A stretch of DNA of 63,872 nucleotides, filler included, from Trichomonas gallinae (GCA_008369845.1; 11 parts of 11 records of this genome joined end to end with filler, not necessarily neighbours in it), one strand, 5' to 3'; counted from the first letter of the whole stretch, positions 30,896 to 42,175 are shown. The notes: generated from the sequence alone by a model not told the origin. Numbers and translations are program-made.

Positions 30896-31804
30896 TCCAA
30901 ATAGGAAATAAAAACATTCGATGAAACCACTGTAATCTCTTATCTAACAGTATCAGTAGACCTAATATAACCTAATCACTAAGTTTGATCAAAATTATCG
31001 GAATATTAATATCCAGCAATTTTGTCAGAAATAGGACATATAGCGTGATCATTGCAATATATTGATCCATTTTATATGTGTATGATATATTGTTATCCAA
31101 AACCATCCAACTTTGGATTCCGGTGTAAATTAAATTTAAAAGTTGCAACTCCCTTTTTTATGTGATTCATTGATGTTTTACTATTAGTAACATGAATTAT
31201 CACATGAAAAATACTTATTCTCGAAGTTTTATATTCTTCAAACACATTTTTTAAAGATGAATTCATTGTTTTATCATTTTCATTGTTGGGATAGTTAATT
31301 ATTGGAATAATATTCAATATGGCAACAATATCATTATCATTACATTCAACATTCTCTAGCACAATCTCAGATAATTTAATCGATATACATGTTAAAAATC
31401 AAATATCATTGCATCAAATCATTATCAATCATTTATACACATTACTAAGAGTATGCTTGAATGATTCGAGCAATGATTAAGATATGAATACATACGAATT
31501 TTAGATTTGTTTGATATGATTGTAATAAACATTAAATACAATATCATAACCTTTATATATTTAAAATTCATATACATTGCACTATTTAATAAGTATAGAA
31601 AATTTAACAATTTTTCTAATTTTTTTCATTTTCCCGCAATTGACAAATGGTTTCATATTTTTAGAACCAATTACTACAGTTGATTCAATTACTTGAAATC
31701 TCGTCATTTAAACTTAAACCCATTCCATTGAAAAAGTCCGATCTTATCCAATTTTTTGAAAGCTAAATATTAGTTCAAAATAGATCCGAATAATAACTGG
31801 CCCA

Positions 31805-32329
31805 ATGCAAACCATAGTCATAGAGAAAGGATCTAAGAACATGAAAAACCCATTCACACCGCAAGAAGACGAGAAACTCACAAAAATTGTGAAATATTTC
31901 CAAAAAAGGAGAGACATCAACTGGCAATATGTTTCACAGCAGATGGAGACAAGAACAGCTAGGCAGTGCAAAGATAGATGGACAAATTACTTAGACTCAA
32001 AGATTAATCATTTGAAATTCACACCAGAGGAAAATTACTTCATTCTCAAGAAAGTAGAAGAGATAGGACGTAAGTGGAAGACAATTGCTGCAATGATGAA
32101 GAATAGAACTGATGTTGCAATAAAATCACAATTTAGGAAATTAATGAGGAGGAATGCCAATGTTAATAATGTGCTAACTATATGTACAAACTCATATAAT
32201 ATGAGGAGGAAGAACCCAACTCAACAGACAAAGGTGGAAGCAGAAATAGATGTAAAACCAGATATTGAAGAGTTCTTTGGGTCATTCGAATATGATTCTG
32301 CAAATATGTTTGATGAGAGTTGGGTTTAA
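31805..32329 (+). CDS. R2R3 Myb-like DNA-binding protein
   Basis: FTPQEDEKL..NWQYVS..RTARQCKDRWTNYL..FTPEEN..GRKWKTIA..RTDVAIKSQF. Confidence 0.93.
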   Translation: MQTIVIEKGSKNMKNPFTPQEDEKLTKIVKYFQKRRDINWQYVSQQMETRTARQCKDRWTNYLDSKINHLKFTPEENYFILKKVEEIGRKWKTIAAMMKNRTDVAIKSQFRKLMRRNANVNNVLTICTNSYNMRRKNPTQQTKVEAEIDVKPDIEEFFGSFEYDSANMFDESWV

Positions 32330-32539
32330 GGCGGTGGAACTTCAATATAAAAAAAATTTAAATATATTTTTATCTTTAAATGGCTCATTTCTTAAATGTA
32401 TGCATAAATCTTTAAGTGTAAACAGCTATATTAGACATATAAATAATTTTTTCTATAATTTTAAAACGAACTAATCATATACTATAAAACAAAAAGAAAA
32501 TCAGTTAGATAATGATAGAAACTCTTTAAATAACATCCG

Positions 32540-32914
32540 CTAAAGATTTGGCCTGTGATAATCAGTATATGATGTAAGACTTGCGTGATCATCATTTTCA
32601 TTTGTAGGCGTGTATGGGTGGACCTTTCTTGAGAACTTGCCCATACGCCACAAAACAATAACCGCAACAATTATAGCAAGAACAATACAACAGCCAAGAA
32701 CTATGAAAACAATTGCAACAGTACTTAACCTATGGTTGTCCGGTGTTGGAACTTTGGAGCGTGTAGGAGGCCATGGAAGCTCATTTGTTGGCCATGTTTG
32801 TCTAGGAACGCGAGTTGGCCCCCAAGAAGGCGAAGGAGTCCATCCTGTCCATTCCCCTGGTTGTGGATTCTTTAATTGTTTGGCTTCGCCAATAGATAAT
32901 AATAACAAAAACAT
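32540..32914 (-). CDS. Small type I membrane protein with Pro/Thr/Trp-rich ectodomain
   Basis: Signal peptide, PTR repeats, long TM helix, short cytoplasmic tail; TCACTTT Inr upstream. Confidence 0.75.
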   Translation of the reverse strand: MFLLLLSIGEAKQLKNPQPGEWTGWTPSPSWGPTRVPRQTWPTNELPWPPTRSKVPTPDNHRLSTVAIVFIVLGCCIVLAIIVAVIVLWRMGKFSRKVHPYTPTNENDDHASLTSYTDYHRPNL

Positions 32915-33399
32915 TTTTAAAATTTTGAATATAAAAGTGACGAACCAAAAAATTAAATTCTAAAAATCTTTTAAATATCAAATCTATGTCACATATAAAA
33001 TCTATTTACATCGAAGTTTTGGGCGTCAGCATTTTATTAATTGAAAACAAAAATAATCAATGATAACATATCTATTATTCATAAAAAATCTCATATCCAT
33101 CATGAATTATATTGATGTATTATACTCTCAATATTCAATATCGATAAATTTGTTCATATTAAAATTTATTTTGAGTCAATGGAAATTTAACCGATTGCGA
33201 TTATACCACATATTGCAAACTGGATTGGTTGTCTATTTAAGGCTTGAAAAATTTATATTAATTTTTTATATTATGAAATAACTTATAATTACCGCTAATA
33301 AATCAAATATTTATGAGTACACATCCATGGCATTAATTTGTCATGATGCTTGATGAAATATATAAATTAACCGAGATAATCTAATTTCAAACTAGAAGA

Positions 33400-34071
33400 T
33401 TATTTTTTCAAAGTTATGTAAGAATTATTCATAACCTGATCAAAATCAGTTATATAATAGTTTGCAATTTGTCTCTTTTGATCATCAAGATGATCAGAGT
33501 TGACATCTTTAACAGCACAAACCTTTAGGCCTGCCGCTTGTGCTGCAGTCATTCCAGCTGGCAGATCTTCAAAAGCAAGACAATCTCTCGGATTTAATCC
33601 TAAATCACGGCATGCTGCAATATAAACATCAGGGAATGGCTTTGGTTTCTTCAATTCGCTGCATGTGCGAATAGTTGATATATATCCGTATACATCAAAT
33701 TTCTTCAACATTTCGATTGCCATTTCTTTGGTGTTGTTTGTAGCAATGCCAATTTTTATGCCTTTGCTATGAACATATCTTACGAATTTCATGGCATTTG
33801 GCTTTTCATCGACCGTATTTCTGAATAAATTGTTAATTTCTGCAGTTATTAATCCATATAACTGCTCAGGAGTAACATTAAGATTGTATGTGCTTATCCA
33901 ATAGTCCATAATTTGTTTTGCTGTCATGTTTTGAATATACTTCAAAAAGTCTTCCGGTGGTTTTGCTCCTAAGCTTTCAAGAGCGTTTCTGTCAGCTTTG
34001 ACCCAGACTCCCATCGAATCGATAAGGGTCCCATCAAGATCAAATACAATTCCTTTTACTTTGTCGAGCAT
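33400..34071 (-). CDS. HAD-superfamily hydrolase subfamily IA (beta-PGM/CbbY-like), bacterial type
   Basis: VFDLDGTLIDSM, IATN, KPFPDVY and FEDLPAG motifs I-IV. Confidence 0.92.
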   Translation of the reverse strand: MLDKVKGIVFDLDGTLIDSMGVWVKADRNALESLGAKPPEDFLKYIQNMTAKQIMDYWISTYNLNVTPEQLYGLITAEINNLFRNTVDEKPNAMKFVRYVHSKGIKIGIATNNTKEMAIEMLKKFDVYGYISTIRTCSELKKPKPFPDVYIAACRDLGLNPRDCLAFEDLPAGMTAAQAAGLKVCAVKDVNSDHLDDQKRQIANYYITDFDQVMNNSYITLKK

Positions 34072-34139
34072 AATAAATTATGTCAAGTAAATTTATAGCA
34101 AATTTACATGGCAAAAATTATATAACAAAAAATTGCATT

Positions 34140-34528
34140 GTTTTCAATTCCAGTTCCTCACTGCGAGAAGGAGTTTGACAACTTCATGATGGTCATTTGT
34201 TGAAGCATAAATCGAAGCTGTGTTGGTGAAACTATCTTTTGCGTTTACATCTAATCCAGGAACTGCGATAAGGAGTTTTGACAATTTCATGATGACCTTT
34301 TATTGAAGCATAAATCAAAGCTGTGACATCTTTATCTATCGCATTTATATCAATTCTAGGAACTGTGAGAAAGAGTTTAACAGCTTCATGACGGCCATTT
34401 TCTGAAGTCCGAATCAAAGCTATTTCATTGAATTTGTATTCTGCGAATCTTGTGTTGATATCTATTTCAGGAACTGTGCGTAAGAGTTTGACAACTTCAT
34501 GATGACCATATCTTGAAGCATCAAACAA
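34140..34528 (-). pseudogene. Ankyrin-repeat remnant (GHHEVVKLLLTVPGIDIN family)
   Basis: Four ankyrin units, no ATG, +1 A frameshift in the third unit, truncated fourth unit. Confidence 0.8.
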
Positions 34529-34696
34529 TGATTCATTAATATCAAAATGTTGAGTTTAGAGGATAAATCTGTTCCAGTCAGAATCATTGGAGATGCCTTG
34601 ATTCATCATAAAGAGTAATCTTTATGGAAAATATTTCATTGATTTTTCATTTAAAAAAGGAGTTGTTGAACAAATACAAACAATAATATTTATTCT

Positions 34697-37162
34697 CTAT
34701 GCAATGCTTTGTATGAATTCTTGATCTTCTAGAGATTCTTTTATATTCAAAATTAATTCAAGTGATGATTTAACATCTAGTTGATCTGATACTAAATGAT
34801 GGAAAGGGAGTTCAACAAAGTCGGAAATCTCATCAATATCCAAAGATTCAAAATTATCTTCGCAATCTTTCAAATGTTTCATTCTTTTCGCAATAGAAAC
34901 ACATAAATTAGCAATATCTGTATTACTAGTTCTAACAGAAATTATTGACAGTGCGCGCACATATAAATAACCAATAGATGGCTCAGCATCAATAAATCTT
35001 TCGTTAGAAGAAACAAAATATTCAACAACATCATTCGGCGGAGCGAAACCATCAATGAAAACGAATCCAGATGATAATAGAGAAATGCATGCAAAGAATA
35101 ATGAGTTATTTTCGGTATTAATGTATTGGTTGCAAATATCTAAAATGGAATAATCACTTTTCGTTGTCTGAACTAATCCGCACAATACGAAAATTGCTTC
35201 TGCTTTTGATTCAAAAACAGGCTCATTGACTATTATAGACACAGCGATTTCACATATGTGATTAAAAACATCAGGATCTTGTAAGCCAGGAGACATAACA
35301 ATTTCTGCGAGCAGCTTCATAATTGGCGTAGAAAATTCCATCAAACATTCGAAATTTGTTAAAATTTGTAATATTTTGATATGAAGCTCATTAAATCTTT
35401 TTGATTGCTGAACAATTGTAAATAGCAAGTTAATCATCTGCATGTCACATGGAGTCCTTTCTGAGCTGTTCAATATCGATCCAACAAAATCAATCAAATC
35501 ATTACTTAAAGAAAGAAATTCATCACATTCAGAATCCATACTTTCTATCACTCGAGAAATGGCATCAAGTAAAATGCTGCCTGTTTCATTATCAGAATTC
35601 GCCATGAAAGCATTAATATATGCTCCACATATATCAGACGCCATTGAAGAAAACTGATCGGGAAACCATCGATTTAGTGAACAAAGGATTTCGCCGGGCA
35701 ATGAATTCGACGTCAAACTCGAGAGATTTAAAAGATTTCCTATTATTTGTTCTATATCCACAGAATAAGCTGCTGTAAAAGAAGACTGAAACAGATGCGC
35801 AGACAACAACCTAATGCAGATTGGATATTTTTCTTCAAGAAATTCAACTGAAATTTGCAATCGCTTTTCTTTTTCGATTTTCAGTTCAATAAGGCCACAT
35901 ATAGAGTCAGAAATAATAAATTCGTTGTCTGCTGATAATAATTGCAAGTAAATTGCTAATAATTCTTCATTATCTCTTGAATAATGTGATAATGAACTCA
36001 GCACGAAAGCTCTGGTTTCTATATCATTAAATAACTCAGATGCTGCTGTTTCTTTTATTATTTGTAGAAATTGAAAAGTTTCGACATTTTTTGAAATATA
36101 ATCAATGAAATACAAAAATGCTTGACGAGGAGTGACGATATTTTGGAATTTGTCGTTTGAATATTCACTAGTTGCAAAAGATAAATATTGTTCTGGAATA
36201 TTTTCAAATGTTTGAATATCTTCTTCTGTTAGTAACAATGCAGGGAATATAATAGAAATCAGCATATCTTGGTTGAGAATTTGATCAATGAAAATGTTAT
36301 ATTTGATGAATGATGATAATATTTTTATTGATATTGCGCGTTGATATTGATTTCTTGATGCTATTGAAGCTAATAGAGAATTTAATAGCTGTTGTGCATA
36401 GTTATTTGTAAAATTTGCAGTGAATTCTTGAAATTCAGATAAAGGATTCAAGAATTGATCAATATAAACATCAATTAGTGATAATATAGATGTTACAACA
36501 TCAGAATTCAGGTCTGGTGTCGGTAAAAGCGAAATCATGATGCCAATTATATTTGAAAAAAATTGATTTAAAAAAATAGAATGAGATCTCCATAAACTGA
36601 TATAAATGGATAAAATCGTTTTAATTGCTTCTGCGTTGTGTGATAAATTCGCTAATGATTCATGAAGAATGGATTCGATTAAAGTTGAAATATTTGTAAT
36701 CAATTGTTCTGTTTCTTCAGTATAAAACTCCTTTAAACTTCCATGTATAGAGAAAAATATGTTTAAAACTTCTAAAGATTGTAAAATTGATGTTTTTGAA
36801 TTAAGATTTTCAACAGAATGAAGGATAAATGGTTCAATTTTAATAGTTTTTGCGGACAAAATGTACTCAATGCATTTTGCAATATGTAATATTGCTGGTT
36901 CTGGTAGTAAAAAGTATAATGCGAATATTTTTGAAGCTATCCATTGCTTTTGTTCTTGTTCTGATAACATATATTTTCTTTTCATGGCATCAACTAACAC
37001 TATGCATATCGCAATTGTTAAATTGTCGTTTAAATGTTGAGATAAAAATTCTAATAAGGGAATGATTAGGTTTTGTTGATCAATTAGTTGATTGAGAGTT
37101 TCAATTGCCTCTCTCTTGACATTTTCGTCCGTTGAGAGAAAACAAATGAAAATTTCTTCCAT
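34697..37162 (-). CDS. Importin-beta family HEAT/ARM-repeat protein (importin-7/8/Cse1-like, divergent)
   Basis: N-terminal STDENVKREA..L IBN_N-like segment; LLLTEEDIQTFENIPEQYL..TPRQA resembles the importin-7/Cse1 acidic motif; helical throughout. Confidence 0.65.
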   Translation of the reverse strand: MEEIFICFLSTDENVKREAIETLNQLIDQQNLIIPLLEFLSQHLNDNLTIAICIVLVDAMKRKYMLSEQEQKQWIASKIFALYFLLPEPAILHIAKCIEYILSAKTIKIEPFILHSVENLNSKTSILQSLEVLNIFFSIHGSLKEFYTEETEQLITNISTLIESILHESLANLSHNAEAIKTILSIYISLWRSHSIFLNQFFSNIIGIMISLLPTPDLNSDVVTSILSLIDVYIDQFLNPLSEFQEFTANFTNNYAQQLLNSLLASIASRNQYQRAISIKILSSFIKYNIFIDQILNQDMLISIIFPALLLTEEDIQTFENIPEQYLSFATSEYSNDKFQNIVTPRQAFLYFIDYISKNVETFQFLQIIKETAASELFNDIETRAFVLSSLSHYSRDNEELLAIYLQLLSADNEFIISDSICGLIELKIEKEKRLQISVEFLEEKYPICIRLLSAHLFQSSFTAAYSVDIEQIIGNLLNLSSLTSNSLPGEILCSLNRWFPDQFSSMASDICGAYINAFMANSDNETGSILLDAISRVIESMDSECDEFLSLSNDLIDFVGSILNSSERTPCDMQMINLLFTIVQQSKRFNELHIKILQILTNFECLMEFSTPIMKLLAEIVMSPGLQDPDVFNHICEIAVSIIVNEPVFESKAEAIFVLCGLVQTTKSDYSILDICNQYINTENNSLFFACISLLSSGFVFIDGFAPPNDVVEYFVSSNERFIDAEPSIGYLYVRALSIISVRTSNTDIANLCVSIAKRMKHLKDCEDNFESLDIDEISDFVELPFHHLVSDQLDVKSSLELILNIKESLEDQEFIQSIA

Positions 37163-37723
37163 CAACTAAAAATATTGTTATTTTAAAAACTAAATTTGAT
37201 AATAAAATTAGATTGTTTATACTATATATTTAATTATTTAGAAATTATTTTTGAAAAATATCAAAATTAAAAATCTCAAAAAATTTTAGAAAAAAACTTA
37301 GTATTTAGGACAGAAATTTGATAACTTGATTTGTTTTGGGTTTAATTTTGAAGAATTAGAAAATTTTCCGTAAAAACTAAAAATATATGATATAAAGATG
37401 ATATATTGAATGATTTTGACTTTATTTTTGAAAAATTTTTATTTAAAAATTTTCAAATTTTAATATCTCAATGATTTTTAGAAGAAATTGAAAATTTAGA
37501 ATTTGTTTATATTAGGAATGATTATTTTATAGTTATTTTAATGACAATTTATGATCACTTTACAATGTCAATTTGTCATATTTTCAGTGAGTTATCGTGT
37601 CACTTTTATATTTTGATAGATTTACATGTCAGACAGATTTTTAAAATATGAAATTTCTTTTTAATACCAAAAATATAATAAAATGTTTTCCGTCGTAAAA
37701 ATTTTTCAAAGAAAAAATCTAAA

Positions 37724-38614
37724 ATGCAAAGTTCTTGTTTTATATATGTTCGTGCTAGAGACAGCCATGATTCATCTGAAATCAAAATTGGCATAGCTCC
37801 AACTTTAACAGACCTAATAGCGAAAATCAGACGCAAATTCAAAAATAACAAATTTAAATCTTTATATACGCAAAGCGGGAAACTTATATCAGCTATTTCA
37901 GATATAATGCCAGGTGACACACTAATTCTATCTAATGCTGATCCAAATAATGTTAAAAATAAAATTCGGCATTCAAATAAATCATCACCAAACAAAGATT
38001 CTCGAGCGAAGAAATCGAAAACATCTACTATTGCTAAATATACTACGAACGATAGCGCAACATTGCTGGCCAAGTTTAATTCAAGTTTATTAAAAAGTGG
38101 CTCCACAGTTTTCGATCATACACAGATATCGAATACAGAAGACGCAAATAAAACACAACAGAAAACTCCAAAACCGCTTAAAAAGACTCAAAGGAAAGAT
38201 TCTACGATTTCGAAGCAAAAAACGCAGAATCCGACTGAAAGGAAATCCTCATTTGCAGTAAAACAAGATAAACAGATCATAATATCCGAAATTGGGCCTT
38301 ATAAAGAAGATAATAACAATTTCGATAAGATTATCGATCGAGATATCGATATCAAAGATTTCTCAACTGACGAGGAATTCGATGTAAGCATAAATGTTTC
38401 GCCAATTAAACAAGAAGATGAAAAACAAGAAAATTCAATAATAAACAATAGAAACAATGAAGTTGAATATGATAGTACAAGTGGCAGCAGTAGGAGCTCT
38501 CTGCATAGTCACTTGGATTTAACTTCCAACAAACTCGATGTTCTTCTGAAATTGTGTCCACATGTATTGGAAGTGCTTTCAGATGATGATGTAGCTATTA
38601 CATATGACATTTAA
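37724..38614 (+). CDS. Doublecortin/ubiquitin-like N-terminal domain plus low-complexity tail, possibly truncated
   Basis: PTLTDLI..FKSLYTQSGKLISAISDIMPGDTLILS resembles DCX-like domains; the rest is Lys/Ser-rich. Confidence 0.6.
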   Translation: MQSSCFIYVRARDSHDSSEIKIGIAPTLTDLIAKIRRKFKNNKFKSLYTQSGKLISAISDIMPGDTLILSNADPNNVKNKIRHSNKSSPNKDSRAKKSKTSTIAKYTTNDSATLLAKFNSSLLKSGSTVFDHTQISNTEDANKTQQKTPKPLKKTQRKDSTISKQKTQNPTERKSSFAVKQDKQIIISEIGPYKEDNNNFDKIIDRDIDIKDFSTDEEFDVSINVSPIKQEDEKQENSIINNRNNEVEYDSTSGSSRSSLHSHLDLTSNKLDVLLKLCPHVLEVLSDDDVAITYDI

Positions 38615-39105
38615 CACCATATTTTGTTTGAATAAATATTAAATATTTTGATATATCAAAAAAAAAACTAATAATCTATCATAATGATTGAACATCAGAA
38701 GTGCCAACATCCCATAGTTATATGAAATGATAATGATGTAGTATCAATTCGTTAATTAAAATATTGAAACTATCAAGATTTGCATATTATTGGATTTGTG
38801 ATATCTACATATATTTAATTCATATAGTTTTGTTTTAAAATAGTTCTTTTATTATGCATTTTTAAAAAGTTATTAAATTAAACTCATTCCAAGAATGAGC
38901 AGATCAATTCATAAAAGAGTATCAGATATACCTCATAATAAAACTTCCTATAATGTTTCATTTAGTAAATGTGTAAAATAATGAGGAGTATTTGAGAATA
39001 AGAAATGTTTAATTTTTGTTGTAACTATTTAAGTTGATTTTGCAGTGCAGATTGATGCAATCGTCTCTTCGAGAACATCTTCTTCGCACGCGCCTTGGAT
39101 GGCAA

Positions 39106-39205
39106 NNNNNNNNNNNNNNNNNNNNNNNNNNNNNNNNNNNNNNNNNNNNTTAATTAATTAANNNNNNNNNNNNNNNNNNNNNNNNNNNNNNNNNNNNNNN
39201 NNNNN
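39106..39205. other. Artificial contig spacer
   Basis: 44 N + TTAATTAATTAA + 44 N. Confidence 0.97.
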
Positions 39206-39478
39206 ATGTAGTCGTCGTTTCCTCCCTCGGAGTTCTCCACAAGAAGTCAATGGAGAAGCTCGCAAAGCTCCTTGACGTCAAGAAGGCAGCGAAAGGTACC
39301 TCTCTAACGCTGCTATCATCGGTTCTTATCACTGTTTCCACCATGAAGATATCACAGGAAACGCAGATGATGAGCAAGACTTGAATGCAGAAGAACCATA
39401 AATATGAAGACCCTCCCACTCAAGTCAACCACAATATGAAGAAAGAAAATAACATGAAAAAAAAAGAAAAAAAGAAAA
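39206..39478 (+). mobile_element. 3' end of a degenerate R2/NeSL-like (RLE-bearing) non-LTR retrotransposon
   Basis: VVVVSSLGVLHKKSMEKLAKLL / frameshift / RYLSNAAIIGSYHCF..stop at 39399-39401; GC-richer than flanks; A-rich tail 39457-39478. Confidence 0.6.
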
Positions 39479-40373
39479 TTATAATTTTTAAAATTTTATT
39501 CAGGTCCGAATAGGACTTTTTTGAGCCTGCAACGGCACGAAAACAAATAAGAATAAATAATTCGGTTCGATTCCGGCCTGCCACTCGCAGATTTTTCTTT
39601 TTTTAATCTTTTGTTTTAGCTTAGTTTTAATTGTACTACTATTCTCCAAAAATTCTATTTTAATGATTTTTCCTATTAAATTTATCCTAAACCCATTTTG
39701 ATATATAATATTTAAATCTAATTACTATATATAGACAGTCTTGCTTCAACATATACAGGTATTGGCCATGTAACAGATCATAATAGCTTCGGTTCCGAAC
39801 AATATGCTTTTCCATTAAATTATTGGAGATAAAGGAAATCATTATGGAAAATATAGGATGGTAGCACCTAAAGTTCAAAAATGAATTGAGCCTCAATATA
39901 ATAATAGTTGTAAGTCTCCGATGATATCACAAAAGCAAATACTAAATAACAAATGTAAAAACGAGGAATATTTGTCATGTAAACAATTTGTAAAGACGAT
40001 AAAATGTCAATTTGACATGTAAAGATGACAAAATTGCTCTAAATCAAAATTGTTTGAAAATGATCGAGAATATATTTTTGTTAGTTAAATTAATTGCTTC
40101 TACGGCTATTAAGAAACACAAAAAAATCGAAGCTGATTCGATGGAATTGATCAAAAACAATTCCGTTTATTTGGAAAAGTGCTAATATAGCGATGCCATG
40201 TATAGAAAACATGAGCGAATGAAGAAAATTTCAAATGTGAAGTGTTTTGTTGAAAATATAGAAATTCGCACCATTCTAGCCCAAACAAAGCGATTTAATT
40301 CCATTCTGACAAATTTCAAGAGAGGCGACGATTAATATTCCCTCAAAAAAAGATTTATTGGTCAGGTAAACCT

Positions 40374-41954
40374 ATGGAGGATAGCCAGCAGGATCTGGGT
40401 GACCAGTACCACTTTATCAGACAGATCGGACAAGGTACGACCGGAAAGGTCAAACTGGCATATGATAAGATCAACCAAAGACACGTCGCTGTAAAAATTG
40501 TAAAGAAATCATTATTTCAAAACAGACCGAACTTACAAGTTAAAATTCAGCGCGAAATTGCTTTGATGCGTCTTGTTGATCACCCACATCTGCTTAAACT
40601 CATAGATATCCTCGAGTCTCCTCGTCATCTTTATATAGTAACAGATTATGCCGGAAAAGGCGAACTTTTCGACTACTTAGTTCAGCACCGTTTCCTTCCT
40701 GAAGACGCTGCTATGAACTTCTTCAGACAAATTATATACGGCCTTGAATATCTCCACTCTCTCGGCATATGCCATCGTGATCTCAAACCAGAAAACATCC
40801 TTTTGGATGATAGTTTGAATATAAAGATCGCAGACTTCGGCTTTGCTCGCGTTGTCAAATCAAACATCGCTTCTACATCATGTGGCTCGCCACACTATGC
40901 AGCACCCGAGGTAATCAAGGGTGAACCATACGATGGACGCGCTGCCGATGTCTGGAGCTGCGGTGTCATCTTATTTGCCCTTATGGCTGGCTATCTACCA
41001 TTCGATGACCCTAATATCAGAGTTCTCCTCGGCAAAGTTAAGAGAGGCATCTACACAATGCCGCATTTTCCAAACCGCGTTAAAGACCTCATCAGAGGAA
41101 TGCTTACAATTGATCCACAAAAGAGAATGACAATCGCACAGATAAAGGCGCACGAGTGCTTCCGCGGTGACATTAACCCTGAATACGCCTTCCCAACGCC
41201 ACTGCCGGTCTCTTCTTACAATATGTCAATTCCATCTGAGAAAATTACACCGGATGTCATCGAAACGATGATCAAGATCGGATACCCAGATGAACAGAGT
41301 CTCATTGAAGAGCTGAACAACCCTCAGCCTGCAATTTCCAAGGTTTTCTTCCATCTTTGCACTCAAAGGCCTGCTCTTGATCAGATGGACTGGTCTCAGT
41401 CTGCTCAGGGCTACTCTCTACACAACATGACAGAAAATGCTTTGTTGGTTGAGCCAGCTAGACAGGCTTTCCAGATCATTGGCTCAGAGGTTTTCCACCG
41501 TCACGCTCTGATGTCGCAACCACAGTCACACAAGGATGAGCCTATGTCATACGCTGTCAAAGCTGAATGGGATCTTCCAGAACCTGAAAATATCGAATAC
41601 GAGCAGATAAAGAATATCGATGTTACAGGAATGCCGCTGATCTATATCATGCTTGCAGCACAAAGAACAGTCAGAGCACTTGGAATGCAATGGTTCCATC
41701 CAGACGATTTCACAATTATCTGCAGACATCTTGAAATGGGCATCTACGCAAGCGTCATGGTCAGCGTTGTCAATGAACGCGCTCTTGCCACAGCCTATTT
41801 GATGCAGGGAACACCAGAAACTTTCACAGCATTCTGCACTGCCCTTGAAAACGAAATCCTTGACATCAAGGATATGATCAATGACGAGGATGAAGATGAC
41901 GATGAAGACAATGATAATGAAGCCGATAATGATGAAATTAACGATTTCGTTTGA
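40374..41954 (+). CDS. CAMK-group kinase, BRSK/SAD/Gin4 (AMPK-related) type
   Basis: GQGTTGKVKL, KIQREIALM, GELFDYL, HRDLKPEN, TSCGSPHYAAPE, LPFDD; UBA-like and KA1-like C-terminal parts; acidic tail. Confidence 0.95.
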   Translation: MEDSQQDLGDQYHFIRQIGQGTTGKVKLAYDKINQRHVAVKIVKKSLFQNRPNLQVKIQREIALMRLVDHPHLLKLIDILESPRHLYIVTDYAGKGELFDYLVQHRFLPEDAAMNFFRQIIYGLEYLHSLGICHRDLKPENILLDDSLNIKIADFGFARVVKSNIASTSCGSPHYAAPEVIKGEPYDGRAADVWSCGVILFALMAGYLPFDDPNIRVLLGKVKRGIYTMPHFPNRVKDLIRGMLTIDPQKRMTIAQIKAHECFRGDINPEYAFPTPLPVSSYNMSIPSEKITPDVIETMIKIGYPDEQSLIEELNNPQPAISKVFFHLCTQRPALDQMDWSQSAQGYSLHNMTENALLVEPARQAFQIIGSEVFHRHALMSQPQSHKDEPMSYAVKAEWDLPEPENIEYEQIKNIDVTGMPLIYIMLAAQRTVRALGMQWFHPDDFTIICRHLEMGIYASVMVSVVNERALATAYLMQGTPETFTAFCTALENEILDIKDMINDEDEDDDEDNDNEADNDEINDFV

Positions 41955-42077
41955 AATGTTTAACTTTTTTTTATAATTGTCAAATGAAAACTTGTTGTTT
42001 TAAAATAATTGTATAATATGTTCTTTCCCACCATTAGGATTCTAATGAAATCTATTTTCTTTCATTTGATGTCTTAA

Positions 42078-42175
42078 TTACATGTCAAAACTAATTTACA
42101 CATCAAAAACTACTTTACTTGTCAAAATATTTTTACATGTAAATTTACACGTCAAAACTATTTTACATGTCAAAA
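42078..42175 (+). repeat. Phased array of six TTTACATGTCAAAA-like units
   Basis: Units at about 42078, 42095, 42114, 42132, 42144 and 42162. Confidence 0.75.

Noticed and set aside
30900..31610. Short minus-strand ORFs (31093..31362, 31425..31610)
   Set aside because: Possibly a decayed gene, but there are no ATG starts or recognisable motifs to support a call
39150..39419. Minus-strand 89-aa ORF in the track
   Set aside because: It runs into Ns and is antisense to the retroelement-like frame
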